Positions 28,701 through 40,100 of a DNA stretch of 64,000 nt are shown here, piece after piece. Under the pieces are notes generated by a model. The model did not search any database, had not been told where the DNA came from, and saw nothing but the letters and a program-made list of their open reading frames with translations. Both the position numbers and the translations under genes were made by a program. Source of the DNA: Bugula neritina (lineage: Eukaryota > Animalia > Bryozoa); NCBI GenBank assembly GCA_964035545.1, contig OZ037772.1, positions 2,170,001 through 2,234,000 of the forward strand, written 5' to 3'. How positions within the stretch are numbered: position 1 is the stretch's first letter; each line of letters opens with the position of its first letter.

Positions 28701-30946
28701 GTTTGACGTCCACTATTGTCCTAGCTTCATTTAAAAGTAGGTCTGAGTCTCTAGCTAGCTTTTTTGCTTTAAGCTTGGTATTTAAGTCGTCCCAGGATAA
28801 ATCGGGTTCTTGCAATAATTGTCTCCTAGCATTAGTATCGCGCAAGCCATTTACTGCTAAGGCAACACTAAGTCTCCTTCTAACATCCTCGGTCCCAGCA
28901 CCTAAACCTAATTCTCTACTAAGTTTTCCTACTCTCAGCAAGTATTCTCTTTCATCCTCATCAATGGCCTGTGACACTGTCACAAACCTCATTGTTTTAA
29001 CATAAAAGCTATCTGACCTATCATAGTGGCCCCTAAGTAGACCTAATGCTTGCTCATAGCCTTCATTCCCATTGTTTCTCAAATCAAAGCCAAGAGATTG
29101 TAACGTGGCTCTACCATCATTGCCTATTGCGCTCAACAATGCTAACAACTTAGTCCTACCTCTAAATTTATTTACTTCTACACCCTCCACTGTCTCTTTT
29201 CCCAGATTCAAAGTAGTTAACTCTACTGTTATCTCAAATTGAGCTAGCCAATCATTCCATGATCCTGTCACATCATTACAATTCAATTGAAGTCTTGGAA
29301 ATGAATTTAAATCCATGACTTTGTTGTTACAATTCCCTGTGCTACAAAGGTTACTACTTGTACTAGTTTGGAGCCTTGATTTACTCGTGTGTTATGTCAA
29401 GATGCCAATCACAAAATATCTTAAACACTGAGTATCACTGTTTCGGTCACTTGTTGTAAATGACTGTAGTATCACAGTTGCCAGCTGTGAATCACGATAT
29501 CAAATTAAGATTATCACTCATTAGACTACACTAACAATAACACTACACTAACAATAACACTACACTAACAGTAACACTGCACCACCAGTAACACTGCACC
29601 AACAGTAGCACTGCACCAACAGTAACACTGCACCAACAGTAACACTGCACTGCACTGCACTACACTGCACTACACTACACTACACTACACTACACTACAC
29701 TACACTACACTACACTTATATTATTATATTATATTCAAAACACTTGCAACTGATAATGATTAATTGAAGAAAGTACTTATCTATCATCTATAGTTGTAAG
29801 GACAGAAAGAGGTTCTCACTGGCAGGTTCGTTAAAATGCTGACTGCGCCATGTTAGATTACCACAATGTAATAGTATGTCTTACCAGTGATAAAGCTGCT
29901 AGATGAAAGAGACCGTTCACTCTGTTTGTCTGGGTTTTATCTGCTTTAGCTTGTAGCTATCTCAGCTATACGGTGGCTGGTAGGGCAACTCTTAGTAACA
30001 CGATAGCTCAAGTATCTGATAGGCTATTGTCATTAGCTAAACTCTCAGCGTGCCACTATAACAGTGATACTAGTGTTGGTCAGTACTGCACATCATCCAA
30101 CACGTAATAATGGTTCAATTCATCATTTATACTATTTGTTGTTCTAATTTCAGGTCAGGGAAAGACCATGCTTGTGGGACAAGAATCATAAACACTACAT
30201 GTATAAAACTGTGAAAGAAAATAACTGGAAAGATGTTAGCAAAGAATTAGGAAATTTATTTGATGGTAGTTTATCAGTTTAATGAAGTAATTATGTCTAT
30301 TGTAATCAGATATTTAATCTACCACTTTTCAAGTTTACTTTTGACTTTTATAATCTTTAGAAAAAGCATGTGCTCTGAAGTATCGGAACTTGCGGGACAC
30401 CTACGTGAGACTGAAAAGAGAACAGTTAAAAGTACCCAGTGGCTCTAGTCCGATTGAACCGCCAAAATGGCCTTTTTTTCAATTGTTCAGCTTCGTGGAT
30501 AATAAGAGTGGTGCAGAAAGGTTGGTTTGTCCTTACAATAAGTAGTTTATTTATTTTTTCAACAAACAAACTTTAAAAATTATAAAATTATTTAATACAC
30601 ATCAAGTAATTTATTTTGCAGTAGTATAGATGACAATATGCCATCAGAGGATATCGTGCAAGAACTTGCGACCACTGATACAGATACAGCGACAGCAAGC
30701 AGCCAGCAGCCGGCAGCCAAAAAGAAAAAAAATGACACTGCAATGAAAGAAATAGACTTGGAAATAAAAAAAATAGATCAACTATTAGCAGCAGGTGAAG
30801 AAGACGAGCATGACTATTTTGGTAAAAGCATCGGGAAACGGTTAAAAAAACTCACACCTCATAAAGCTGCATTTATGAGAATGGAAATTGAAAAGCTTTT
30901 TTTCAGCGTTGAAAGTTCTAGTAAAATAGAAGTTAATGATTTATAA
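25722..30946 (+). CDS. Harbinger accessory MADF (Myb/SANT-like) + BESS-like protein; exons 25722-25751, 30154-30265, 30361-30520, 30622-30946
   Basis: MNWQEKLINA|VRERPCLWD...ENNWKDVSKEL...KYRNLRDTY...KWPFFQLFSFV is a MADF signature; DEHDYFGKSIGKRLKKL...RMEIEKLF is BESS-like. Phases are consistent, and intron 1 contains the LTR element. Confidence 0.85.
26488..27528 (-). CDS. ORF3 of the LTR element: 346-aa protein with three zinc knuckles and a coiled coil
   Basis: Open ATG-initiated frame. Knuckles CAICRCFRDHSARDC, CYRCGQKGHWVEDC and CSWCCVAAQHKTSDC; heptad-rich segment RKEELNRKKQELQRKFNRQMEEISERESLLEKE; acidic/Pro-rich tail; no signal peptide or transmembrane segment. Confidence 0.8.
   Translation of the reverse strand: MSNSEKEKEGIGEPDMDSWSKAGPSGRHKETVKVANPQGKPKNTEDKAKLKKPHEVCGNKGTIRCAICRCFRDHSARDCPNNKCYRCGQKGHWVEDCREVYCSWCCVAAQHKTSDCSHAPSSFKRKAVNGVDSQDPAPKLAKVSGSQKSNYASVASGGVATSSSYVHALKPKNVIVSEVSGFLNGLTGCDFLDGKAYALRKEELNRKKQELQRKFNRQMEEISERESLLEKEYQCSMAIKVAIENWASVANVHSRGLGSTILNPATTVAEGPSGNQEESKAVEESPTPGCPRDDTWEESMAVEPQTPGVHGGSDLGLRPTYSPSQPQATETGEVKMETSSNPEALH
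27602..27718 (-). pseudogene. In-frame pol remnant (38 aa) after the gag stop
   Basis: TGA CTA TAT... gives LYDGNDSKLFPPEQGEITHTRRGRLSKPPNRLNMQRYK*. TRRGRLSKPPNRL resembles the TRSGRxxKPPxRL tail of Gypsy integrases. Confidence 0.7.
27719..29316 (-). pseudogene. gag, disrupted by an internal inverted triplication
   Basis: The N-terminal part (29316-28638) reads MDLNSFP...WNDWLAQFE...KLLALLSAIG; the C-terminal part (~28325-27719) has an RS-rich region and knuckles CYHCKKHDHRIRDC and CFVCNCRGHTTKDC. An inverted copy of gag sequence occupies ~28329-28637. Confidence 0.85.
29525..29716. repeat. (ACACT)n and 20-bp tandem repeats in the LTR element 5' UTR
   Basis: ACACTGCACCAACAGTA-type units grading into (ACACT)n. 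Confidence 0.85.
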
Positions 30947-30974
30947 AAAGTAACTGAAAAAGTTAAATGTATGT

Positions 30975-31158
30975 ATAGGCAAGGTTCTTTTCTATTTTGC
31001 TTGATTTTCTAATTTTCCCTAATGTTTCAGTAATTTGGGTGTGAAACTTGATGCTTTTTTATCACTTCACTAAAAAAGCATCAAGTTTTATGCCCAATTT
31101 CCTAAAAAGTTAGGGAAAACCAGAAAATCAAGCAAAGCTAGAAGAGAGCCTTGCTTAT
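30975..31158. repeat. ~180-bp imperfect hairpin just 3' of the MADF stop
   Basis: ATAGGCAAGGTTC...AAACTTGATGCTTTTTT pairs with AAAAAAGCATCAAGTTT...GAGCCTTGCTTAT. Confidence 0.75.
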
Positions 31159-31426
31159 TTAGCTGTATTTTATTAGTTTAATCCAATAAACTATATAAAT
31201 TAGTAGCTAAACTGTAAAAAATTGTTAAAAAGTAAACAGATGATATGGTGTTTACTAAATTAAGTAAAATGGCTTAAATCAACTACATATATTTTACTAG
31301 AATTTTGAAGCATAAAAATCTACATATAATATTTTGAACTAGTCAGGTTGGATTTATTTTTTGTAACATATTTTACTACTAGCAGCTTATATATACATAT
31401 ATACATATACATATACCTATACATAT

Positions 31427-32072
31427 TGTAGTGAATTTTGCCAGTTCACTATTATTATTTGTGGGTCTACTTAACCAAAGCCACTGCGACAGGTTGTTTA
31501 CGATAAGATACTTTATTATTTACACAAATACAAGAAGGTTATTTACTGCTAGCATGAATAGAAAACGATTACATAATTAGTGAGCTTTAATACACAACTG
31601 TTCTAAATGAAGTCCCAAGCTGCTCTGCCGGCTAGCTACTCAGCGCACTGCAACTACGAGTAGCTAGCTCCACCTGCTATCAATTAGTGTGACTGTCCTG
31701 ATTGGCTAGCGTTAGTGGTGCCACTGTCGACTGTAAGATATTGTCGGGTAACCGTCTACGCCGAGTCGTCTCTGTCGCTACTAATTAACTCCATCACCAT
31801 AAGCATAACACTAGCATCTGCTACTAAGCAGCTAACTGTCAGTGCAAACCATCTACGCCTCCTACAGTTGTTGATTCCATTTAACTAGTCTTGCCTTGTT
31901 TAACTGCGTGCATTAGTAGCTAGCAATAATTGTCCAGCAGATTGTACGCATTCCAATTGTCAGCTATTATGATAATTGATCTCCAGTACTTATAGCCATT
32001 ATGCCAAGCGTATAGAGAGTAAGCCACAAAGAGTTATCCTTTCGATAATAACATAATCTGAAATCCATTACA
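31427..32072 (-). mobile_element. Solo LTR (or TGT-ACA MITE), 646 bp, ATAT TSD
   Basis: Termini TGTAGTGAATTT...AAATCCATTACA with ATAT on both sides, inserted in an AT-rich tract. AATAAA is present on the - strand (~31512-31517). Confidence 0.65.
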
Positions 32073-32142
32073 ATATACATATATAAATACAGTTTTTGCA
32101 GCATCGTACAAGTTTGAGTGGTTTTTCTGTCCAGCTTTATTT

Positions 32143-33737
32143 TTACCTTTTGTTAATATGATTATCTTGCCAAGCTACTTTTCCTTCGTTACAAAAATAT
32201 AAAGTCAGCTTGTCTCTGAGTTCGCTAGCTGCTACTGTGGCACCTCTATTTCGAAGATTCAATCCAAAAGTCGGTTGTCGTGCTGCACGCCAAAATCCTA
32301 ATCTGATACTCCCATCATGACTCACTTGGTCAGCATATCCCGGTGGGCAATAAATTTCATCATCAACTTTTCTTAGAAAGTTGTGCAAAACACATGCAGT
32401 TCTCACTAATTTTGTTGCTTTTGAAGCATCAGCAATGATAGGCCTAAACAATATCCTCCAGCGCTGAGTTAGTATCCCTAAATAGAATACACGCAAAGTT
32501 ATAAATATTGCAACTGATGCATGCAAAGAAATAGTTTGCCAACCAGCTATGCCACTCAAACACTAGACTTACCAAACTTACCAAACGTATTTTCAATGAC
32601 TCTTCTTGCCCTGCTAAGTCTATAATTGAATATTCTTTGGCTATCATTGCTGATACTACGACCTGGATAAGGTCTCATCAAATATGATTTGAGAGGAAAA
32701 GCTTCATCCCCAACAAGGGTATAAGGGAATAGGGTTGAAGAATCAGATAATACTGATGGTTCTGGTAAGTCGATAGTGCCTAAAGAAAATGGTGATAGTA
32801 AGCATATAATTGCTAGTCAAAATATAATACATTTATTAGATATTAAAAAGTTAAATACTGCTAAGCAGAGCTATTTTTTACCATTCTCTAATCCTTGGGA
32901 AAATTTTGACTGCGCCCAAACTCCAGCGTCATTGTTGCTTCCACTCGCACCAACATCAATCATTAAATATTCGTAATTGCTGCTGCATACAGCTAATAGA
33001 ATAATGGATAGTCTATGTTTATAATTATAATAAGTTGAGCCCGTGTTCTTTGGTTTCTGTATTGTACAGTGCTTTCCATCAACAGCACCAATACAGTTGG
33101 GAAAATTCCATCTTTCTTCAAATCTTAAAACAAAGTTGAAGGAAATATTGTGAATAAATTTCACAGTATAGTAATTTATTCAAGAATTTGTACAAATCAA
33201 GTTATCAATTCTAATACGGTAGCATATAGTACTAATAAGCACAAACCCCTGGGCTATTTTTTTCCACTCTTCTTTCCCGGTTGGTACTGCTAAAAAGGAT
33301 GGCTGCAAGGCATCATAAATAGCGTCACATGTAGTATAAATTATACCAGCTACAGTTGATCTTCCAAGTCGGTAGTGAGTGGCTATATTTCTGTGACTAC
33401 TACCTTCAGCAAGATGGTGCAATGTGATGGCTAGCTTTAAGGAGGGTTCAATTGCTTGACGCATATTTGTGTTTTGCTTAGTAAGACTTGGCGCAATCAA
33501 TCTTAATAAAAAGTCAAATTTATCTGCAGACATTCTAAAATAGTTTTTATGTCTGGACTCGGCATTTTGGTGTCGAAGCTCATCAACAAGCGTACTGTGA
33601 AGCCCAAGTTTATCCCTCTTTATATTAATTGGATGAACCCAGTATTTTCGTTTTAATTTTTCAGCAAGCAATACTTTCTTTTTTAGAAATAATGATCTTT
33701 TTTTAAGTAAAAGCAATCTGCTCAAATCGATTGTCAT
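32143..33737 (-). CDS. PIF/Harbinger (HARBI1-like) transposase, 4 exons (33737-33247, 33123-32882, 32779-32582, 32477-32143), 421 aa
   Basis: Motifs YWVHPIN, NYFRMS, KLAITLHHLAEG, WNFPNCIGAVDGKH, VGDEAFPL and LSRARRVIENTFGIL. The DDE triad is present, phases are consistent and the frame is open. Confidence 0.92.
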
Positions 33738-33956
33738 TTTGCAAGGCAGCATCAGCATGTGTAGCCATAGAAACAAGGAGAGCATGCGAGCAGTAACGTT
33801 GAAAGCAAAAGCAATTGGCTAGTTAATTTTCGCATTTTCCTGCGTAACGTCGTGTGTGGCATGTCGCTACCGCTGCGTATTTCTTCTCATGCAAATTCGC
33901 ACGCGAAAATACGCGCAGTGTGGCCCAAGGCTAAGTGTTTACCTTAGCACCTGTAA

Positions 33957-34300
33957 GCCTAGGGCCACACTGTGCGTATTTTCGCATGCGAAAATTGAAA
34001 TCACAAGTAGCAAAGGTGTCCACTGTAGCGTCAGTGATGCGTGATGAATAAAGCTTTCATTTTTAAATCGCACTCGCTTTCAATAAAACGCAATTTACTG
34101 GAATGTAGCACTAAAATAAAGAAGTTGGGCTCGCTGAATAACTATCAGCCAATTAGGTGACGACGACAGAGACGATTAGCACTTGCGTTGAGAATGCAGA
34201 GCGACAAGTGCGAAGGTTTTCTCAACGCGCACAGTGGACACCTTTGCTACTTGTGATTTCAATTTTCGCATGCGAAAATACGCACAGTGTGGCCCTAGGC
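33957..34300. mobile_element. Harbinger-family MITE, 344 bp, 70-bp perfect TIRs, TAA TSD
   Basis: TAA|GCCTAGGGCCACACTGTGCG...CGCACAGTGTGGCCCTAGGC|TAA. The interior is homologous to the left subterminal region of the outer Harbinger. Confidence 0.92.
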
Positions 34301-34505
34301 TAACTGGTTGTGTGTTGCCCACTATAAATAACTGTTGACCCCATTAACTTCCTATTTATGTTTAGGTGACATACGTCAGCAGGCATTACTCATCTGCCTT
34401 GTGCTGACTATTGGATTTGTGGTCAGGTCATTGTGGTTGGGGTGGCTGTCATTCTTGCCCTACCTGTACAGGCTGGGTTGGTAGCCTGAGGCTACCCAGT
34501 AAATA
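34301..34505 (-). mobile_element. Dispersed retroposon-like repeat; second copy at 62985-63160 (+)
   Basis: About 165 bp align in inverted orientation with 62985-63150. The 63-kb copy lacks the MITE and has a single TAA. Confidence 0.7.
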
Positions 34506-34984
34506 TTTACTATGTTTTGGGACGCACAATCATTGTGGTATTTTTTAGGGACAATAGTTGTTTATGCAATATGTTTTTGCCTGGTACAGTAACAACAACC
34601 AGAGTATATAAACACTTTAAAAACTTAATACAATCAGTTGGCAGCACTCTTTAACAAAACTGTAATTACTATTTTATTCTTCTACTGGTTTGACAATATA
34701 TTATTTACTGGCACTGTTTATGAAGGACCCAAGAGGTTAGTTACTTTTATTCATATTATTATCTGAATTATTATTTTATAATAAATTTACTTTATGGTTT
34801 TTGTGAGCATTACTTTAATATTTTTAACCACATTTATATGCATGCGATCATTTATATAACTTTTGCCTTTCTTATTTAATTTTTACCAGCAAGTTTATCA
34901 CAGCAAGTTTATCAAAGAATTTATCAGCAAGTTTACCAACAAGTATAACCAATAAACTTCTGCGTTTGGAAATCCTGGTTTAAT

Positions 34985-36134
34985 TCATACGGGGCCAGTA
35001 ACAGCACCATCAGGTTCAGGTGGTCCCATACCACCCATAGCACCAGGAGGACCAGTAATTCCTTGTTTGCCATCAGAACCCCGTAGCCTGGGTGGTCCAG
35101 CAATACCAACTGATCCAACATCTCCCCTTTAACCATCAATAACAGGAGCTCCGGGGAATCCCTGAGGTCCCTGGAAACCAGTGGGTCTTACAACAGCAGA
35201 TGATATTCATATTATCATGAGTTAGGAATTGCCTTACCTTCTTACCAAGTAGGATAACTCTTAGAGCAAAGATTCTGTTCATGGTCAATAACTAAGCACA
35301 AAGATTGGTTCAACTTCATTCATACATTTAGGTCCTTGTTCGCCGGGAATTACTTCAGCTCCCTGGGGGTCCTTGAGGACCAGTTGGCCCACATGGACCC
35401 GCTGATCCAGACAATCCAGTTGGTCCAGAAGAACCCTGTGGCCCAGCTGGCCCCTATAAATAAAAAACTAAACGATTGGCTAGTGAAAAATCAGAGAACT
35501 AAAATAAAGAGAAAACTGAATAAAAAATGTCCTTGCCTTATCACCCTTGTCTCCTTGAGCACCTTCAGGTCCCTAGTTACCGGGGATTCCCACTGTATAC
35601 CCATGAGGCGAAGAAGTCCTTGATCGCCATGCTCTCCAGGTCTATGATAAGCACCCTCTTCTCCAGGTCTACCATCAGCACCCAGTACTCCAGATAAACA
35701 GCTTCTGAAAATAATTGACAGACTAGCTGTGAGGGAAACCCCAGCATATAGCATATGTGGAAAAGAAACCCCAGCATATAACGTAGGTGTTAGGGAAACC
35801 CCAGCATAGAACATAACATTGCCGGGAAACCACAGCATATAGCATAGGTGTGTGGAAAACCCCAGCATATAGTATAGATGTGAAGGAAACAATGCTCAAC
35901 ATAAAACTCTTGGATATTCTTGACTATTACTAAGACAGTCATAGTTGATACAAGATAAACACTTACGAGTGCTGTTCCCATGTGTTTAGCGACGAATGGC
36001 TGATTATCTAGCTGCTGGGTGACGTACGATTTGGTGGCAAACTCGGAGGTCTTGGCATTGATGCAAGTGCTCTTCATTTCCTTGCCACAGTAAGCCTGGA
36101 TAGCATTAGCTATGGAGCCACCATCTGGATCCAC
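34985..36134 (-). pseudogene. Decayed short-chain collagen-like gene fragment (about 4 exons)
   Basis: Gly-X-Y exons GPAGPQGSSGPTGLSGSAGPCGPTGPQGPP, GPTGFQGPQGFPGAP and GADGRPGEEG, with frameshifts, a stop codon and Gly substitutions. A preceding Cys-containing exon reads VDPDGGSIANAIQAYC. Confidence 0.75.
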
Positions 36135-37104
36135 CTGACAACAGACAATAGAAAATACAAGTTACTTGATTAATTTGGAGGCACAATTCCAAGATAAGAT
36201 TAAACAATTTATAATGTAATCAGCCCTGCAGGTAGAAATAATACAAACACATCAGCAAAACTCCCTACTATAGTACTATAATGGCTATTTTTAAAAGAGT
36301 TGAGTTTACATGTAAATGTTAACATCACCATTTGGCAACTAGTTTCAATTTACTCAAGAGCTCTAAGCTTATATTTTATGAGGACATAATTGTCCAATCA
36401 GATGGTAGCATTGCAATATGTTGTTTGCTAAAAGGATGCCTTTAAACATGCTTAGGAGTTGTCTTCTATTATGCCTCATGGAATTTCTCCCAGGTGAATG
36501 GGGAACATGTCATAATTAAACTGCAACCAATTGAACTAAACTCATCAAATTACACACATTTTACAAAGCAGCTGCATCACAGACAGCTCATGTGTAGAGT
36601 AATACAGTGTTTATATCTAACTGATTGCCTTATATATTATTTATCAGATCCCTGATTGCATGACAAGAAACAATTTGATTGGCTACTCAATGCTGTTGTA
36701 TACACAGCAGTGGAAGGTATATTATTATGAATGGTTGGAATAAATTTACTTAGTCATGTTGGAGTTACTTGCACCTGCATGTCAATTCAGTGTATAAATT
36801 CTCTCACTAACAAGTCATTTACAGTTACTGCTCCAGTATAGATTATTGTTACTAACCGAACTCAACTTGAACTAAAGCTAATGAGGCATGAAAACAGACT
36901 ATGTTTTCACTAACAAATAAACTTTATTAGATGGTAAAATAGCAACATATATTTGATACAGTAAAACATCTCATATCTAACTATAATTACAGAGTGTGTG
37001 TATTGATGAATTGTGATGAAATAATTATGTTGATGACAAATATTATCTAGTTTATCTCTCAGTACCTCACTGAGCTGATTATTAGTAAACTGTAGCTGAT
37101 AAGT

Positions 37105-40100
37105 TTAGTATTTTATTGTGTATTTCCTCAGTCCATCTTTTCTACATGCTAGAAACACTGTGTCTCTGTTATACACAGCAATGTCCCACACCCAGCCACT
37201 AACACCAAGACTTTCTCTGGGAACAGTAAGCACCAGTTGACCTGTCAATAATAGCATCATATTGTATCAGTTGCTGTGTATTGAGAGAAACAGACAGACT
37301 GCCTTTAAAGATGGAACTAAGCAGGTTACATGCATGAAGTAAATATTCAAACAGCAGAAAATAGTATCTCCTTATACAACTGTATTGACCTTGACCCACA
37401 AACTTAGCCTGTGGCTCTTATATAGAACACACCCACATGTCTACTTCTAATACCACTGCAGCTACTCCAACATTATCACATATTAAATACTCGACAAGAA
37501 CCAACCACAGCCACCTGAGTCCCACCAGCAAACACTGCTCTACCAGCCATCATCAACTTACAATAGTCTCAGTAATAGCACTCAAAAAGTATCAAATTAT
37601 TTACATTTAAATTATCTGATGACCAAAACAACAGCAGCACTAGACTGAAGTCAAACTACAACTCATAACTCATGTGTAGCTGGCAGTCTGTACAGTTGTT
37701 AGACTGAGCACCTCTAAAATTACTGTAAAACACTTGCATAGTATACTAACTAGTCATGCTGATAGGTGGGTTTGAACCCCTTGCAGCACCAACTCACTTA
37801 GCAGTGTGGAGTCTCTATCCTCTACACTACCAAGTGAACCCTTGGAAAGGAAGACTGAATAGAGAGTTTACTAAGAGCTCACTGCACACTACACAGAGTA
37901 CACCTTAAACCTATACAATATAATATACACTTCTACCTCTGCTTACATCCTGCATGTTACTGCAGCTGGAAATAAACTTATTGCATAACTTATTACATAA
38001 CTTTTAGCTAAAAATAACATCAGTGACTTGATAAATACTAACAATATCATAATATATCTTATGAGTGGAAGTTGTTTACTGTTAATTATTAAAATATATT
38101 TTTTACTGCAACATAATTATATATAAATAACTAAACTTACTATAATAAACAGGGTATTTACCTTCAAGTGAGAGGATGAGGAGAGGTCCTTCCCTTGTAC
38201 AGATGTGAATCAGTTCAGATGTTGGATCAAAGGAAATACCAGTTGGGAATGAGATGTGAGGAAACTCCCACATTAGAGAGAGAGTTGTGTTCTCCACTTT
38301 ATATCTTCTCACTTTACCATCTTCAGTGTAGTCTCCTATGAGGAGAGTTGAGTCTGGGAGGATGCATACAGGGTCAGGGTACTCCATCTCAGGAAGTGGG
38401 AACTTCTGTATTTTATTGTTAACTAGGTTACAGACTACCAGCTGCTTCTTACTACAGTCTACAATACAGAGCAGTGAGTCGTGTTGAGCTATTCTATAGT
38501 AAAGGAAGGGTTTAACTACTGAATGCTTGTAGAGGGAGCGAGTCTCCTCAAAGGAGTTTGGATCAAGAAGTGAGACTTCAGCTGTTTTCTCCTCACTGTT
38601 ATACGAGCTGCCAACCATCACCCCTTCAGGTTGGATTATCTCCCACCACCATGTAGTGTTGGTGTCCTTCACTGAGCTGATAGTATCCAGAGTGTCTCTA
38701 TTTATTACTTCTACACCTTCTAGTGTCTGACACATCAGATGTCCATCAGCTGAGATGTTTACTCTGGCACACCAGCCACGTACAGGAAGTCCATCAGACT
38801 GTAGAGAAGATGGTGGCTGCAGCAGCTTCAGTCCCAGACTGTCTTCACTGTCTGCAACAACAAAATAACAATTCTATAACTTGACAATCTCATCACCTGA
38901 GGAGGTGGGAACAGAATTTCAAACTTAAAACTAAAAGATGTTTAAATACAAGCAGTCTGTAGTTACTACAAGTTGCTACGTGATGCACAGGTCTAAGTGA
39001 GAATATCTTGTTAATACTGACAGCAGGTAGTCAGCATAACACAGTTTAGCAGCTCACTTATACATCATAAACTCTGAAACACTGCAGAAATGTCTCATAA
39101 TGTGAGAGTAGAACAAAACTCAATCTCTAATAAATAAACTCTATCTACTTATTCTACTATTTAAATATTCAGTGAAAGTAACTCACATGATTACAAGCAG
39201 AAAGTTATTTATAGTTAGTGTTACTATTTATAGACTCCACCTACATGTTGGTACCAAGATGCTGTCTGGAAGTACACACTTCTCTATTACACCAATATCT
39301 GTAGCCTTTTCCATCTTCTCACTCATCTCTTTGTAGTCTCTCACAATCCCTGCATCATTGAACTTATCAACTGCATGTTGTACTGTGTCCAGCAGAGACT
39401 GTCTGCCCATTGTCTTACTCAAGGCCAGCTCTATTCTATAATTATCCACTATCTGTGTGCAGCTCTTCAAATATCCATATATTTCTAGCCTCAGATTTGT
39501 AGCTCTCTTTCTAATCTCTTCTATCTAATAAATAGTAACACAGTGTAACCACATCTGCACCTCACAACCTCTACACTTGAAATGAAAGTGACAGATCACC
39601 CACTGAGTGGACAATGACTCAGTCACGTGACACTCTATACACAGCAGAGAGCTAGTACATCACGTGACTAGTCTCCTCCTCCTGACACCTGTCAATCACT
39701 CACACAGCCAACCTCTCTGTGTGAGTGATTGACAGTTGCAGAAGGATGAGTGAGTCATCTGTATTGACAGGTTCCTCTGCACTGAGTAACATGTGATGAA
39801 TGACTACTGCTACTTGTTCACAGAATGATAAAGCTTTAATGGTCAGTTAATTCTAGTGGCAAATGAAATTCATTTCTATTTACAACTCAAAAACCAAATG
39901 CAAAACCTAATTTCAGACAAACAGAAATACATTAGATGACATCACCATGTCAGCATACCTGAGCATCAGCTACAGCGTTTACTCTGGCAACCATCTTCTT
40001 CACTTCATCTTCTATTTTACTCAGTTCTTTCCAGGCATCCTTTGAGATGTCATTCAACTCTGCAACTTTCTCAGACAGAGTCTCTATTCCACCAGTCAGA

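Larger units (their letters stand above)
25938..30063 (-). mobile_element. Non-autonomous Gypsy-type (Mag-like) LTR retrotransposon, pol-deleted, 4.1 kb
   Basis: Two 213-bp TG...CA LTRs (25938-26150, 29851-30063) that appear identical; 5-bp TSD GTGAT; PBS TGGCGCAGTC next to the 5' LTR; PPT GGAAGGGGGCA next to the 3' LTR; gag with CCHC knuckles; no protease, RT, RNase H or integrase core. Confidence 0.92.

Noticed and set aside
28308-29005. ORFs 28348-28734 (+), 28308-28652 (-) and 28637-29005 (+) as separate genes
   Set aside because: By-products of the inverted gag duplication.
37760-37835. Functional tRNA gene (also 11805-11880)
   Set aside because: Only A/B-box-like motifs, with no acceptor or anticodon stems; better explained as SINE heads.
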